A DNA stretch of 64,000 nucleotides from Clostridia bacterium (GCA_017541305.1 JAFXZJ010000055.1:106311-170310), one strand, 5' to 3'; numbered from the stretch's first letter, positions 1-8,969 are shown. Notes: generated from the sequence alone by a model not told the origin. Numbers and translations: made by a program.

Positions 1-589
1 CCATGCCCATAAAACGCGGCAGTATGAACAGGGGATCGAGCGCGATATTCAAAAGCCCGCCTATCGACAGCCCCAGCGAGGCCGCAAAGGACGAGCCCTC
101 CGCCCGCACCAGGTTTGCCATAAGCGCCGAAAGCACCGTGAAAACGCCGCCCATGACGACCGCCGTGTCGGCATAGCCCGCGGCCGCCTTAAGCGTTTCG
201 GCCTTCGCACCGCAGAGCGTGAGTATGGGCAGCTTGAGCAGCGCGAATACGCCCACGAAGGCGGCGGCAAGCACAAGCCCCGACCAGAACGATACCGATG
301 CGGTCTCGGCTCCCTCCTGCGGCTTCTTTTTACCCAGCGCACGCGCAAGCGCCGCCGCTCCGCCCACGCCGAACAGATTGGAAAGCGCCGTGAGCATGAG
401 GAACGAGGGATAGGCCACCGTCACCGCGGCGGTTTCCCTGGGATCGTTCAAAAGACCCACGAACCAGGTATCCGCAAGGCTGTAAACAAGCGCGATCAGC
501 TGGGCCGCCGCAGCGGGGACGATCTGCCTGAGAACCGCTCTTTTTATCGGAACGCTTTCGAAAACGTCCGTCTTTTCTTCCGCCGTCAA
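1..589 (-). CDS. MATE family efflux transporter (N-terminal part; gene runs off the window start)
   Basis: Edge-truncated, so absent from the ORF track. The minus-strand frame from TTG at 589 (GAGGTG 5 nt upstream) reads LTAEEKTDVFESVPIKRAVLRQIVPAAAAQLIALVYSLADTWFVGLLNDPRETAAVTVAYPSFLMLTALSNLFGVGGAAALARALGKKK. This is a typical MATE/NorM N-terminus and stays open to position 1. Confidence 0.75.
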   Translation of the reverse strand, partial: MTAEEKTDVFESVPIKRAVLRQIVPAAAAQLIALVYSLADTWFVGLLNDPRETAAVTVAYPSFLMLTALSNLFGVGGAAALARALGKKKPQEGAETASVSFWSGLVLAAAFVGVFALLKLPILTLCGAKAETLKAAAGYADTAVVMGGVFTVLSALMANLVRAEGSSFAASLGLSIGGLLNIALDPLFILPRFMGM

Positions 590-636
590 AATATCACCTC
601 ATAATAATGATAGCATTTTGAAAGCGTTTTATCAAT

Positions 637-661
637 AAAAAAAGGGAGGCTCACGCCCCCC
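637..661 (-). terminator. Intrinsic terminator after the tiny Cys-rich gene
   Basis: Minus-strand RNA GGGGGGC-GUGA-GCCUCCC (7-bp stem with one G.U) followed by 7 U, directly after the stop at 670. Confidence 0.7.
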
Positions 662-669
662 CTCGCTCA

Positions 670-882
670 TCAGCAGCCGCAGTTGCCGGAGCAGCCGCAG
701 TTGTCGCTGCCGCAGCCGCCGCCGAACGCGCCGAGCAGGGCGAGAATGACGATCCACCACGCGTTGTTCCCGCAGCCGCAGTTATCGAAGCGGTTGTTGT
801 CACAGCCGCAGCCGCCGTTGCCGAACAGTATGATGAGGATTATGATCCACCACCAGTTGTCGCCGAAATTGCCGTTACACAT
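670..882 (-). CDS. Tiny Cys/Gly/Asn-rich double-pass membrane protein, YjcZ-like by composition (putative sporulation-associated)
   Basis: 70-aa ORF with AGGAGG 8 nt upstream of the ATG and its own terminator. It has two copies of the module G/N-rich - WW(W)I(I/V)IL..L(F)G - GG - CGC, and ends CGCSGNCGC. There are 10 Cys. Confidence 0.6.
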   Translation of the reverse strand: MCNGNFGDNWWWIIILIILFGNGGCGCDNNRFDNCGCGNNAWWIVILALLGAFGGGCGSDNCGCSGNCGC

Positions 883-949
883 ATTATATGCCTCCTTTAA
901 AGGATAATTCCGAACGGCTTGCCGTTCACGATATAATATGCGGGCAATT

Positions 950-973
950 AAAAAGGGGTGCCGACCGCACCCC
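950..973 (-). terminator. Intrinsic terminator after the zinc-ribbon repeat gene
   Basis: Minus-strand GGGGUGC-GGUCG-GCACCCC stem followed by UUUUU, 20 nt after the stop at 994. Confidence 0.75.
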
Positions 974-993
974 TTTGGCGTCTGATCCGTATC

Positions 994-2814
994 TTATTGA
1001 ACTCCGGTGGGCGTCCCGCAGTTGGCGCAGAATTTTTTGCCGGGCATAAGCTTTGCTCCGCATTTTTTACAGAAGCCGGGCGCGGGCGCCGCGGGCTTGA
1101 ACGCGCTTACGGGAGGCAGGGGGAGCATCTCCTTGCCGCATCTGGTGCAGAACTTGGTGCCGGGCTTGACCGCCGCGCCGCAGTAGGCGCAGATATCGAA
1201 ATCCTCGGGCACGGGCGCAGGAGCGGGCTCGGGCGCCGGAGCGGGCGCGGGCGCCGGGGCGGGTTCGGGCACGGGCGCAGGAGCGGGCTCGGGCATGGGC
1301 TCGGGCTCGGGCATGGGCTCGGGTTCGGGCATTATGGCGATCGTGGGCATATCCTCAAGATCGGGCGTCTCAACGGGCTTGCCGCATTTGGTGCAGAACT
1401 TTCTGCCCGGAGCGACAACGCTTCCGCAGCCGGAGCAGATGGAGAATCCCTTCAAGCCCTCGTTTACCGCCGCGGCGGGCTCGGGCTTCACTTCGGGCAC
1501 GGGAATGGGCTTCACTTCGGGGATGGGCTCGGGCTTCACCTCGGGCACGGGAATGGGCTTCACCTCGGGGATCGGCGCGGGCTTGGGCGCGGGAGCCGGC
1601 GCGGAGAACACGTATTCGCCGCACTTGGAGCAGAAATTCCTGCCGGGCTTGACCTCGGCGCCGCACCTGGGGCAGGTGCGCAAGGGCTCGGGCTCATCCA
1701 TCACGGGCTTGGGCGGCTCGCTCATCACAGGAGCGGCGGGGCCTTCCGGCGTCTTTTCATCCTCGAAGGACGCCACGGTGGGCGCATCCTCAAGCGCGGC
1801 GGGAGCGGGCAGCTTTGCCCCGCAGGAAGTGCAGAACCTTACGCCGGGCTTTAGCTGTGCCCCGCACGCGGCGCATACGGGCGCGGCGGGCACGTTAAGA
1901 ACGGGCTTTTCCTCGTCGGCCACTGCCTTTTCAAGCACGGGCTCGGGCTTTTCCGGTTCGTTCACGACCGGCGCTTCGGGCTCGGGCGCTTCGTTCACAA
2001 CGGGCGGGATGACGATGGGCGCGTCCTCATCGACAAAGGATGCGACCGTGGGCGTGTCGTCGCTGACGGGCGCCTTTACGGGGGTGCCGCACATGGAGCA
2101 GAACTTTCTGCCGGCCTTTATCACCGCGCCGCAGCTGGTGCAGGTGAGCACAAGGGGCGCTTCGGGCTCATCGAAGGCTTCGGGCTTTTCGGGCTCCGGA
2201 AGCTCCACTTCGGGCACTTCGGGCTCCGGAAGCTTCACTTCGGGGATGGGCTCGGGCTCCGGAGCGATGCGGCCGCAGATATCGGGCTCTTCATGCTCCT
2301 CGGCCAGGGGCTTTTCCTCCTCGGCCTCGGCAGACTTGCCGCAGATGGGGCAGAATTTGAAGCGCGGCAGCAGCTCCTCCCCGCAGGAGGCGCATTTGCG
2401 CAGGCCCTCGGTATCGGCGGGCTTGCCGCAGATGGGGCAGAATACGTGGTTCTTCATCATGATCGCCCCGCAGCTTCGGCACCTTAAAGAGGGCGCGGGC
2501 TTGGGCTCTTCCTGCTTGGGCGCAAACGGCTCAAGCTGCACGGTCTGCGCGTTATCCGCGTCGACGGGCGCGGGCACGGGCGCGGGAGCCGGCACGGGCG
2601 CGGGAGTCGGCGCAGGCGCGGGAGTCGGTACGGGCGCGGGCACGGCGATCGGCTGACCGCATTTCTTGCAGAAGCGGTCACCCTTCATGAGCGGAGCGCC
2701 GCACTTTTTGCAGAAGCCGCCAATCTCGGGCTCCGCCGGCACGGGCGTGCCGCAGCCCTTGCAGAATTTGGCTCCCGGGGTGATGGGAGCGCCACAGTTT
2801 TTACAGTACTTCAT
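994..2814 (-). CDS. Repeat protein of ten tandem four-Cys zinc-ribbon modules with Pro-rich linkers
   Basis: Track ORF 994..2832. I moved the start to ATG 2814 (MKYCKNCG), 7 nt after GGAGG. Ten units of CxxCG-x8/9-FCxxCG are present, from YCKNCGAPITPGAKFCKGCG to FCKKCGAKLMPGKKFCANCG. Linkers are PAPVPEP/PEVKPIP-type. No signal peptide or TM segment. Confidence 0.85.
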   Translation of the reverse strand: MKYCKNCGAPITPGAKFCKGCGTPVPAEPEIGGFCKKCGAPLMKGDRFCKKCGQPIAVPAPVPTPAPAPTPAPVPAPAPVPAPVDADNAQTVQLEPFAPKQEEPKPAPSLRCRSCGAIMMKNHVFCPICGKPADTEGLRKCASCGEELLPRFKFCPICGKSAEAEEEKPLAEEHEEPDICGRIAPEPEPIPEVKLPEPEVPEVELPEPEKPEAFDEPEAPLVLTCTSCGAVIKAGRKFCSMCGTPVKAPVSDDTPTVASFVDEDAPIVIPPVVNEAPEPEAPVVNEPEKPEPVLEKAVADEEKPVLNVPAAPVCAACGAQLKPGVRFCTSCGAKLPAPAALEDAPTVASFEDEKTPEGPAAPVMSEPPKPVMDEPEPLRTCPRCGAEVKPGRNFCSKCGEYVFSAPAPAPKPAPIPEVKPIPVPEVKPEPIPEVKPIPVPEVKPEPAAAVNEGLKGFSICSGCGSVVAPGRKFCTKCGKPVETPDLEDMPTIAIMPEPEPMPEPEPMPEPAPAPVPEPAPAPAPAPAPEPAPAPVPEDFDICAYCGAAVKPGTKFCTRCGKEMLPLPPVSAFKPAAPAPGFCKKCGAKLMPGKKFCANCGTPTGVQ

Positions 2815-3042
2815 TCTTCTGCCTCCAATCATTCGGTTATTCGCGGACGCAAACCCGCCCGCATACCTTCACGTATATATTATACCAACATATCGGTTTC
2901 AAGTCCAGCTCTTTTTTCGTCAAAAAATACTTCTTGGGAACGTTTTGTTTCAATTTGGTCAAATACCGTTCATTTTTGATACGCAATTTTTCATATGCGC
3001 CGTGATATAATAAGCGGGTATAACGATCAAGGAGAACCGGAA

Positions 3043-4821
3043 ATGAGATCCGTTAAAAAATACTTCAGCCCCATATGCGCATTTCTCGCGCTCGCGCTCC
3101 TGCTGTCCGCCCTCCCGGCGGGCTGTTCGGACGGCGAAAGCGTGCCCGCCTATACCGACGAAATGACCTATGCCGAAACCCTCTTCGATACCTCGCGCGT
3201 GCACACGATAGACGTTTCGATCGCCAAAGCCGACTGGGCCGATCTGCGCGCCAACCCATTGAGCAAGACCAAATACGAAACCGCCGTCACGATCGACGGC
3301 GAGGAATTCCGCAGCGTGAGCTTTTCGACCAAGGGCAACACGAGCCTCGCTTCCGTAGCGGGCGACTCCGCAAGCGACCGATACAGCTTCAAGCTCAATT
3401 TCGGCAAATACAACAAATCCCAAACCTACCGCGGCCTGAACAAGCTCAATCTCAACAATCTCTATGCCGACGCGACCTATATGAAGGATTATCTCAGCTA
3501 CGAGCTCTTCCGCAGGGTCGGCGTGGACGCTCCCCTTGTAAGCTTCGTCTGGCTGACCGTAAACGGCGAGGCGCACGGGCTCTATATCGCCATCGAGGAT
3601 ATCTCCGAAAGCTACCTCGAGCGCACGGCAAGCGGCGAAGGCAAGCTCTATAAGCCCGAAAGCGACCGCCTTGATATGGACAACGCCGGCAGGCCGGAAG
3701 GCTCCGGTATGCCGCAGGCGCCCGATGCCTCCGGTATGCCGCAAATGCCCGAGGGCTCCGGTATGCCGCAGGCGCCCGATGCCCCCGGTATGCCCCAAAT
3801 GCCCGAAGGCTCCGGTATGCCCCAAATGCCCGAAGGCTCAGGCATGCCGCAATTCCCCGATCAGAGCGGTCAGGGCGGGCCCGGCAGCCACGGCAAAGCG
3901 GACTTGGACGATCCCTCCGGCGGCGCGGCGCTGATCTATTCCGACGACGAGCCCTCGAGCTATCCCGACATATTCGATAACGCGGTGACGGACGCCGACG
4001 AGGATGACGCGCGCCGGGTGATCGCGGCGCTCAAGGGCCTTGCCTCGGGCGAGGACGTCGATAAATACGTCGATACCGATCAGGTGATAAGGTATTTCGC
4101 CGCGCATAATTTCGTGCTGAATTACGACAGCTACACGGGCAATATGCTGCACAATTACTATCTTTACGAGCGCGGCGGGCGCCTCTCGATGCTGCCGTGG
4201 GATTACAACCTGGCCTTCGGCGCCTTCATGGGCGGCGGGCCGGACGGCAGCGCGACCGATATGGTCAACCTCGGCCTCGACACGCCCCTTTCAGGCGCGG
4301 ACGAGAGCGCGCGCCCCATGTGGGCCTTCATCGCCGAAAACGATGAGTATCTTGCCGAATATCACGAGGTCTGCGCAAAGCTCATCTCCGATTATTTCGA
4401 TTCGGGCGAGTTTGCCAAGCAATTCGATTCGCTCGTCTCCCTGATCCGCCCGTACGTAAAAAAGGACCCCTCCGCGTTCTATACGGCGGACGAGTTCGAA
4501 ACGGCTATAAAGACGCTCAAAAGCTTCATTTTAAAGCGCGCGCAGAGCATAAGCCTTCAGCTTGACGGTTCGCTTGCCGCCGACACCCTCGCGCAGGATC
4601 CCGCCGCCAGGGTGGACGCCTCCGATATCGACATAAGCTCCATGGGCTCCCATGGCGGCCCCGGAGATCACATAGGTCAGGAAGGTCACGGACAGGGCTT
4701 CCCCGGAAGTCAGGGCTTCCCCGGAGGGCAGGGCTTCCCCGGAGGGCAAGGCTTCCCCGGAGGTCCCGGCGGATCGGCGCCCGGCGAGCGTCCGGACGGC
4801 ACTCCCCCGCCCGGGCCGTGA
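3043..4821 (+). CDS. cotH: CotH family protein (spore-coat-kinase fold) with lipoprotein signal peptide
   Basis: Start taken at ATG 3043 behind AAGGAGA. N-terminus MRSVKKYFSPICAFLALALLLSALPAGC carries a lipobox. The CotH core reads LNFGKYNKSQTYRGLNKLNLNNLYADATYMKDYLSYELFRRVGVDAPLVSFVWLTVNGEAHGLYIAIEDISESYLERT and YYLYERGGRLSMLPWDYNLAFG. Confidence 0.85.
   Translation: MRSVKKYFSPICAFLALALLLSALPAGCSDGESVPAYTDEMTYAETLFDTSRVHTIDVSIAKADWADLRANPLSKTKYETAVTIDGEEFRSVSFSTKGNTSLASVAGDSASDRYSFKLNFGKYNKSQTYRGLNKLNLNNLYADATYMKDYLSYELFRRVGVDAPLVSFVWLTVNGEAHGLYIAIEDISESYLERTASGEGKLYKPESDRLDMDNAGRPEGSGMPQAPDASGMPQMPEGSGMPQAPDAPGMPQMPEGSGMPQMPEGSGMPQFPDQSGQGGPGSHGKADLDDPSGGAALIYSDDEPSSYPDIFDNAVTDADEDDARRVIAALKGLASGEDVDKYVDTDQVIRYFAAHNFVLNYDSYTGNMLHNYYLYERGGRLSMLPWDYNLAFGAFMGGGPDGSATDMVNLGLDTPLSGADESARPMWAFIAENDEYLAEYHEVCAKLISDYFDSGEFAKQFDSLVSLIRPYVKKDPSAFYTADEFETAIKTLKSFILKRAQSISLQLDGSLAADTLAQDPAARVDASDIDISSMGSHGGPGDHIGQEGHGQGFPGSQGFPGGQGFPGGQGFPGGPGGSAPGERPDGTPPPGP
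3697..3858 (+). repeat. In-frame 27-nt tandem repeat x6 inside cotH (E/D-G/A-S/P-GMPQ-A/M/F-P)
   Basis: Direct reading gives EGSGMPQAP DASGMPQMP EGSGMPQAP DAPGMPQMP EGSGMPQMP EGSGMPQFP. Confidence 0.9.
4693..4764 (+). repeat. In-frame 18-nt tandem repeat x4 (QGFPGG), a short Gly-X-Y collagen-like tail of cotH
   Basis: QGFPGS QGFPGG QGFPGG QGFPGG. Read as triplets this is GFP GSQ GFP GGQ GFP GGQ GFP GGP GGS. Confidence 0.9.
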
Positions 4822-4840
4822 TTACCGGCATAAGCAAAAC

Positions 4841-4870
4841 GGCTCCTGTATTCCGCAGGAGCTTTTCATT
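4841..4870 (+). terminator. Intrinsic terminator after cotH
   Basis: GCTCCTG-tattccg-CAGGAGC followed by TTTTCATTT. Confidence 0.75.
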
Positions 4871-4891
4871 TGCACGCATATCCTGCCTTCC

Positions 4892-6016
4892 TTGCGCATA
4901 ATAAGGAACATGTACACTTCAAGAACAAAACCCAATAACGCCCGCATGCCGGGCATGCTCCTTTCCCTGCTGATTGGCCTGATCGCAGGCGCGCTGCTGT
5001 TTTCATCCGCCGAGCCGCAGCCGCAAAGCAGCAGTCCTGCCGCGCTGCTTCCCCTTGTGCCGGCAAGCGAAGCGCCCGCTCCCACGCAGGAGCTTCCTGG
5101 CGCGCAGGCCCCATCGCCCGCTCCCGACTGCACCGCCGCTCCCGGCGGGGCGGTCACGCTCCCCTCCCCGCTCATAACCGTGAGCGTGAACGGTTCGCCG
5201 GTGGAGATGAAGCTTGAGGACTATCTGATCGGCGTGGTAGCGGGCGAGATGTCGGCCTCGTCCGAGCCCGCCGCGCTCAAGGCTCAGGCCGTGGCGGCAA
5301 GGACCTTCACCGCGCTCCACATGCAGGGGCGGGCAAGCTGCAAAAGCGGCTGCACGGTCTGCGACGATCCGGGCTGCTGCCAGGCATATAAAAGCCCCGA
5401 CGAGCTGCCCGCGCTATGGGGCGAAAAATACAGCGAATACATGGAAAATATCCGCTCCGCCGTCGAGGGCACCGAGGGACTTGTCGCGATTTATGACGGC
5501 AAGCTGATAAGCGCGCTTTACCACGCCTCGAGCGGGCCCGCCACGGAATCGAGCGAGGAGGTGTTCGCCGTCGCGCTCCCCTACCTCGTTTCGGTCGACA
5601 GCCGCGAGGGGAATTCCGAGATGGTCACAAAGCAGGAGTTCTCCGCCGCCGACCTTGTGCGCCGCATAAACGCCGCCTATCCCGAGGCGAATATGTCGCT
5701 GCCGCTGACGCCCGGCGATCTTGACGTGTGGGGCCGCACGGAGAGCGGGCGCGTGCAGCTGATACGCATTGGCGAAACCGTCATCCCCGGCGGTGCTCTG
5801 CGAAAAGTGCTGGGCCTCAAAAGCACCGCGTTCGAGGTGAAAAAGGAGGGCTCCGCCGTCATTTTCACCTGTCTGGGCTATGGGCACGGCGTGGGCATGA
5901 GCCAGACCGGAGCCAATCAGATGGCCAAGGAGGGCGCGGATTTCGAGGAGATATTGAAGCATTTCTATACCGGCACCGAGCTCGCCTCGCTCGAATTCAC
6001 CGAGCCCGGGGAGTAA
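4892..6016 (+). CDS. spoIID: SpoIID/LytB-domain protein (stage II sporulation protein D-like lytic transglycosylase)
   Basis: Contains AQAVAARTFTALHM, CDDPGCCQAYK, ISALYHASSGPATESSEEVF, PYLVSVDS and GHGVGMSQTGANQMAKEG, with an N-terminal TM segment. Start uncertain (TTG 4892, ATG 4910 or ATG 4946). Confidence 0.85.
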   Translation: MRIIRNMYTSRTKPNNARMPGMLLSLLIGLIAGALLFSSAEPQPQSSSPAALLPLVPASEAPAPTQELPGAQAPSPAPDCTAAPGGAVTLPSPLITVSVNGSPVEMKLEDYLIGVVAGEMSASSEPAALKAQAVAARTFTALHMQGRASCKSGCTVCDDPGCCQAYKSPDELPALWGEKYSEYMENIRSAVEGTEGLVAIYDGKLISALYHASSGPATESSEEVFAVALPYLVSVDSREGNSEMVTKQEFSAADLVRRINAAYPEANMSLPLTPGDLDVWGRTESGRVQLIRIGETVIPGGALRKVLGLKSTAFEVKKEGSAVIFTCLGYGHGVGMSQTGANQMAKEGADFEEILKHFYTGTELASLEFTEPGE

Positions 6017-6066
6017 AAAAGAGGACAAAGGGAGCCGTGCGGGTCAGCACGATCGCGCTGCGATAA

Positions 6067-6124
6067 GCGCGAAACTGCGATAAACCAAGCATTTTTTTGC
6101 CGCTCCCGCGAGACATATCCGCGG
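6067..6124 (+). repeat. Copy A of a ~57-nt structured intergenic element (copy B at 62976..63031)
   Basis: GCGCGAAACTGCGATAAACCAAGCAT..CCGCTCCCGCGAGACATATCCGCGG aligns with copy B. The hairpin CCGCG-agacatatc-CGCGG becomes CTGCG-agacatatc-CGCAG in copy B. Confidence 0.6.
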
Positions 6125-6147
6125 CTCCTTTCGCCCCTAAAATCATA

Positions 6148-6180
6148 AAGAGGACCGCAGCCGCGATCCTCTTTTCGTTT
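6148..6180. terminator. Bidirectional terminator between convergent spoIID and gcvPB
   Basis: AAGAGGAccgcagccgcgaTCCTCTT flanked by an A-run and a T-run. Confidence 0.6.
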
Positions 6181-6192
6181 GTTCTATGCCGT

Positions 6193-7644
6193 TCAGCCCT
6201 CGTACTTGACTATGGGCTTCCTTGCCGCCGTCACCTCGTCGGGACGGCCTACGGGCGTGGTCACGGGCGCCGCGTGTATCGCGGCGGGATCCGTCTTCAC
6301 CTGCTCGGCAATGCCCTTCATGGCCTCGACGAATTCGTCGAGCGTCTCGCGGGCTTCGGATTCGGTGGGCTCGATCATCATCGCCTCGTGCACGATGAGG
6401 GGGAAATAGATCGTCGGGGGATGATACCCGCGGTCTATCAGCGCCTTGGCGATATCGGAGGTGTGCACCTCGTTCTTCATCATCTCCTCGGTGGGAGTGA
6501 CGACGCACTCATGCATGCAGATGCGGTCGTGGGGGATATCGTAAACGCCGCGCAGCTTGTTCATGACGTAATTCGCGTTGAGCACAGCGTTTTCGGAGGC
6601 CTCCTTGAGGCCCTCGCCGCCCAGGGAGCGGATGTAGCAGAACGCCTTTACGATCACGCCGAAGTTGCCGTAGAAGCTCTTGATCTTGCCGATGGATTCG
6701 GGCTTGTTGTAATCAAGATAATACATCTCGTTTTCGTCCTCCTCGATGCGCGGAACGGGCATGAAGGGGATGAGGTGCTTCTTTACGCCAACGGGACCGC
6801 TGCCGGGGCCGCCGCCGCCGTGAGGAGTCGAGAACGTCTTGTGCAGATTGATATGCATCACGTCAAAGCCCATGTCGCCGGGGCGCACGATGCCCATGAT
6901 GGCGTTGAGGTTGGCTCCGTCGTAATACAGCAGGCCGCCCGCCTCGTGGACTATCTTGGCGATCTCCTTGATATTGCGCTCGAAGAGGCCGAGCGTGGAG
7001 GGGTTGGTGAGCATCAGGCCCGCGGTATCGGGGCCGACCGCCGCGCGCAGAGCGTCAAGATCGACGCCGCCGTCGGGAGCGGACTTGATCTCCTTGACCT
7101 TGAAGCCGGCCATGGCCGCGGAAGCGGGGTTGGTGCCGTGAGCGGCGTCGGGAACGATCATCACCTTGCGCTCGAAATCGCCGCGGTGCTCATGATAGGC
7201 GCGGATGTGCATGAGACCGGTGAGCTCGCCGTGAGCGCCGGCTGCGGGCTGGAGCGTGAAGGCGTCCATGCCGCAGATCTCGCAGAGCATATCCTCCATA
7301 TCCTTCATCAGGGCAAGGCAGCCCTGGCTCATGGAAGCGTCAAGCAGGGGGTGCATATCGTCGAACGCAACGGCAAGCTCCTCGTTGATCTTGGGATTGT
7401 ACTTCATGGTACAGGAGCCAAGGGGATAGAAGCCGTTGTCAACGCCGAAATTGCGGCGGGAGAGATTGGTATAATGGCGGACGAGGTCGACCTCGGCGAT
7501 CTCGGGCAGAGCGAGCTCGGAATTCGCCTTCAGCTCCTCGGGGATCTGATCCATTGCATCGGGTGCGTCGCACTCGGGCAGATCGTACGCCCTGCGTCCC
7601 TCATGGGAACGTTCAAAAATCAGCTTATATTCGGAACGCATCAC
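6193..7644 (-). CDS. gcvPB: Glycine dehydrogenase (decarboxylating) subunit 2
   Basis: 483 aa with [23 protein letters not shown] (PLP-Lys region). Last gene of the gcv operon; its ATG overlaps the gcvPA stop. Confidence 0.95.
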   Translation of the reverse strand: MMRSEYKLIFERSHEGRRAYDLPECDAPDAMDQIPEELKANSELALPEIAEVDLVRHYTNLSRRNFGVDNGFYPLGSCTMKYNPKINEELAVAFDDMHPLLDASMSQGCLALMKDMEDMLCEICGMDAFTLQPAAGAHGELTGLMHIRAYHEHRGDFERKVMIVPDAAHGTNPASAAMAGFKVKEIKSAPDGGVDLDALRAAVGPDTAGLMLTNPSTLGLFERNIKEIAKIVHEAGGLLYYDGANLNAIMGIVRPGDMGFDVMHINLHKTFSTPHGGGGPGSGPVGVKKHLIPFMPVPRIEEDENEMYYLDYNKPESIGKIKSFYGNFGVIVKAFCYIRSLGGEGLKEASENAVLNANYVMNKLRGVYDIPHDRICMHECVVTPTEEMMKNEVHTSDIAKALIDRGYHPPTIYFPLIVHEAMMIEPTESEARETLDEFVEAMKGIAEQVKTDPAAIHAAPVTTPVGRPDEVTAARKPIVKYEG

Positions 7645-8969
7645 TCTTCACCTCCCTTGTTTTCGATAACGTCGCAGATAAAGTCGAATTCATCGGCCCT
7701 GTTCATCTCGGTCGCGCACCACAGCATGCCGCCGTCGGGCAGCACAAGGCCGCCGGTGATGGAGTAATCGGCAAGCAGCTTATCGACCTTTTCCGCATCG
7801 GGCAGATCGATGACGAACTCGTTGAAGAACGGGGTATCCGGCCAGCGAAGCTTTACGCCATCGATGGCGGTAAGCTTCTTGGCAAGCAGGTGCGCCTTGT
7901 TAACGTTCTGCTCGCCGACTTCCTTCATGCCCTTGGGGCCCATTACCGCGCAGTACATGGAGGCCATTATGGCGCAAAGCATCTGGTTGGAGCAGATATT
8001 GGACGAGGCCATTTCGCGCCTTATATGCTGCTCGCGCGCCTGCAGGGTGAGCACGAACACGCGGTTGCCCTCGGCGTCGCGGGTCTCGCCGGCGATACGG
8101 CCGGGCAGATTGCGCATGAGCTTTTTGGTTGCCGCCATGAATCCGACGTACGGACCGCCGAAAGCAAGGGGCAGGCCGAGAGGCTGACCGTCGCCAATGG
8201 CGATATCCGCGCCGTAATCGGCGGGACGGGCCAGCACGCCCAGCGTGATGGGATTGACGTAAGCCACGAGCAGACCGTTCTTTGCATGCGCGGCCTCGGC
8301 TATTGCCGCCATGGGCTCGATGCAGCCGAAATAGTTGGGGCTGGCGGCTATCACGCCCGCCGCGCCGTCCATATTTTCGGCAATGGCGCTGACGTCGGTC
8401 ACGCCCTTATCGGTGAGCGGGATCTCGACAAGCTCGAGCTCCGCGCAGTGGGCATAGGTTTTCATAACGGTGATCACGTCGGGATTGAGACCGGCGGAAT
8501 AGAGTATCTTCTTCTTGCGCTTGTTGTCGCGCAGCATCAGCATGGATTCCGCGGCGGCGGTCGCGCCGTCATATACGGAGGCGTTCGCGGCGTCAAGGCC
8601 GGTCAAACGGCAGATCATGGTCTGATACTCAAAAAGGCTCTGCAGCATGCCCTGGCTCATCTCGGCCTGATAGGGAGTGTAGGCGGTGTAGAACTCGGAA
8701 CGCATGGCAAGCTGAGGGATCACCGAGGGGATGTAATGACGGTAAGCGCCGGCGCCGCGAAGCACGGGGCCGCCCTCCTCGTTCATTATGGTGTAGCAGC
8801 TTATAAGCTCGCGAAGCTCGGTCTCGGTCAGCGCCTTGGGCAGATCGAGCGGCCTTGAGAGCTTGAGATCCTCGGGGATATCGACAAAAAGATCGTCCAT
8901 CGACTGCATGCCTATTTCGGCAAGCATCTCAAGACGCTCTTTTTCCGTATTGGGGACGTAAGATTTCAT
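7641..8969 (-). CDS. gcvPA: Glycine dehydrogenase (decarboxylating) subunit 1
   Basis: Track ORF 7641..9032 trimmed to ATG 8969 ([16 protein letters not shown]) behind AAGGAGA. Typical GcvPA sequence. Confidence 0.93.
   Translation of the reverse strand: MKSYVPNTEKERLEMLAEIGMQSMDDLFVDIPEDLKLSRPLDLPKALTETELRELISCYTIMNEEGGPVLRGAGAYRHYIPSVIPQLAMRSEFYTAYTPYQAEMSQGMLQSLFEYQTMICRLTGLDAANASVYDGATAAAESMLMLRDNKRKKKILYSAGLNPDVITVMKTYAHCAELELVEIPLTDKGVTDVSAIAENMDGAAGVIAASPNYFGCIEPMAAIAEAAHAKNGLLVAYVNPITLGVLARPADYGADIAIGDGQPLGLPLAFGGPYVGFMAATKKLMRNLPGRIAGETRDAEGNRVFVLTLQAREQHIRREMASSNICSNQMLCAIMASMYCAVMGPKGMKEVGEQNVNKAHLLAKKLTAIDGVKLRWPDTPFFNEFVIDLPDAEKVDKLLADYSITGGLVLPDGGMLWCATEMNRADEFDFICDVIENKGGEE

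Noticed and set aside
61-413. ORFs 61..348 (-) and 219..413 (+).
   Set aside because: They are in the wrong frames or strand within the MATE transporter gene. The Arg/Pro-rich translations are typical of off-frame high-GC sequence.
958-2656. Plus-strand ORFs 958..1854 and 1295..2656 (Gly/Ser/Ala-rich, 298 and 453 aa).
   Set aside because: They are antisense to the zinc-ribbon gene. Their low-complexity translation is a by-product of the Pro/Glu/Ala codons on the other strand. They have no RBS, whereas the minus frame gives ten regular CxxC...CxxC modules behind GGAGG.
3697-3858. Regular 27-nt direct repeats that could suggest a CRISPR-like array.
   Set aside because: The repeats are contiguous with no spacers. 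They are in frame inside cotH and encode a 9-aa peptide repeat. No cas genes are present in the window.
6097-8858. Long plus-strand ORFs 6097..7767 and 7554..8858 (556 and 434 aa).
   Set aside because: They are antisense to gcvPB/gcvPA, whose translations are unmistakable. High-GC genomes keep antisense frames open, and these translations are Ala/Gly/His/Leu-rich with no motifs.
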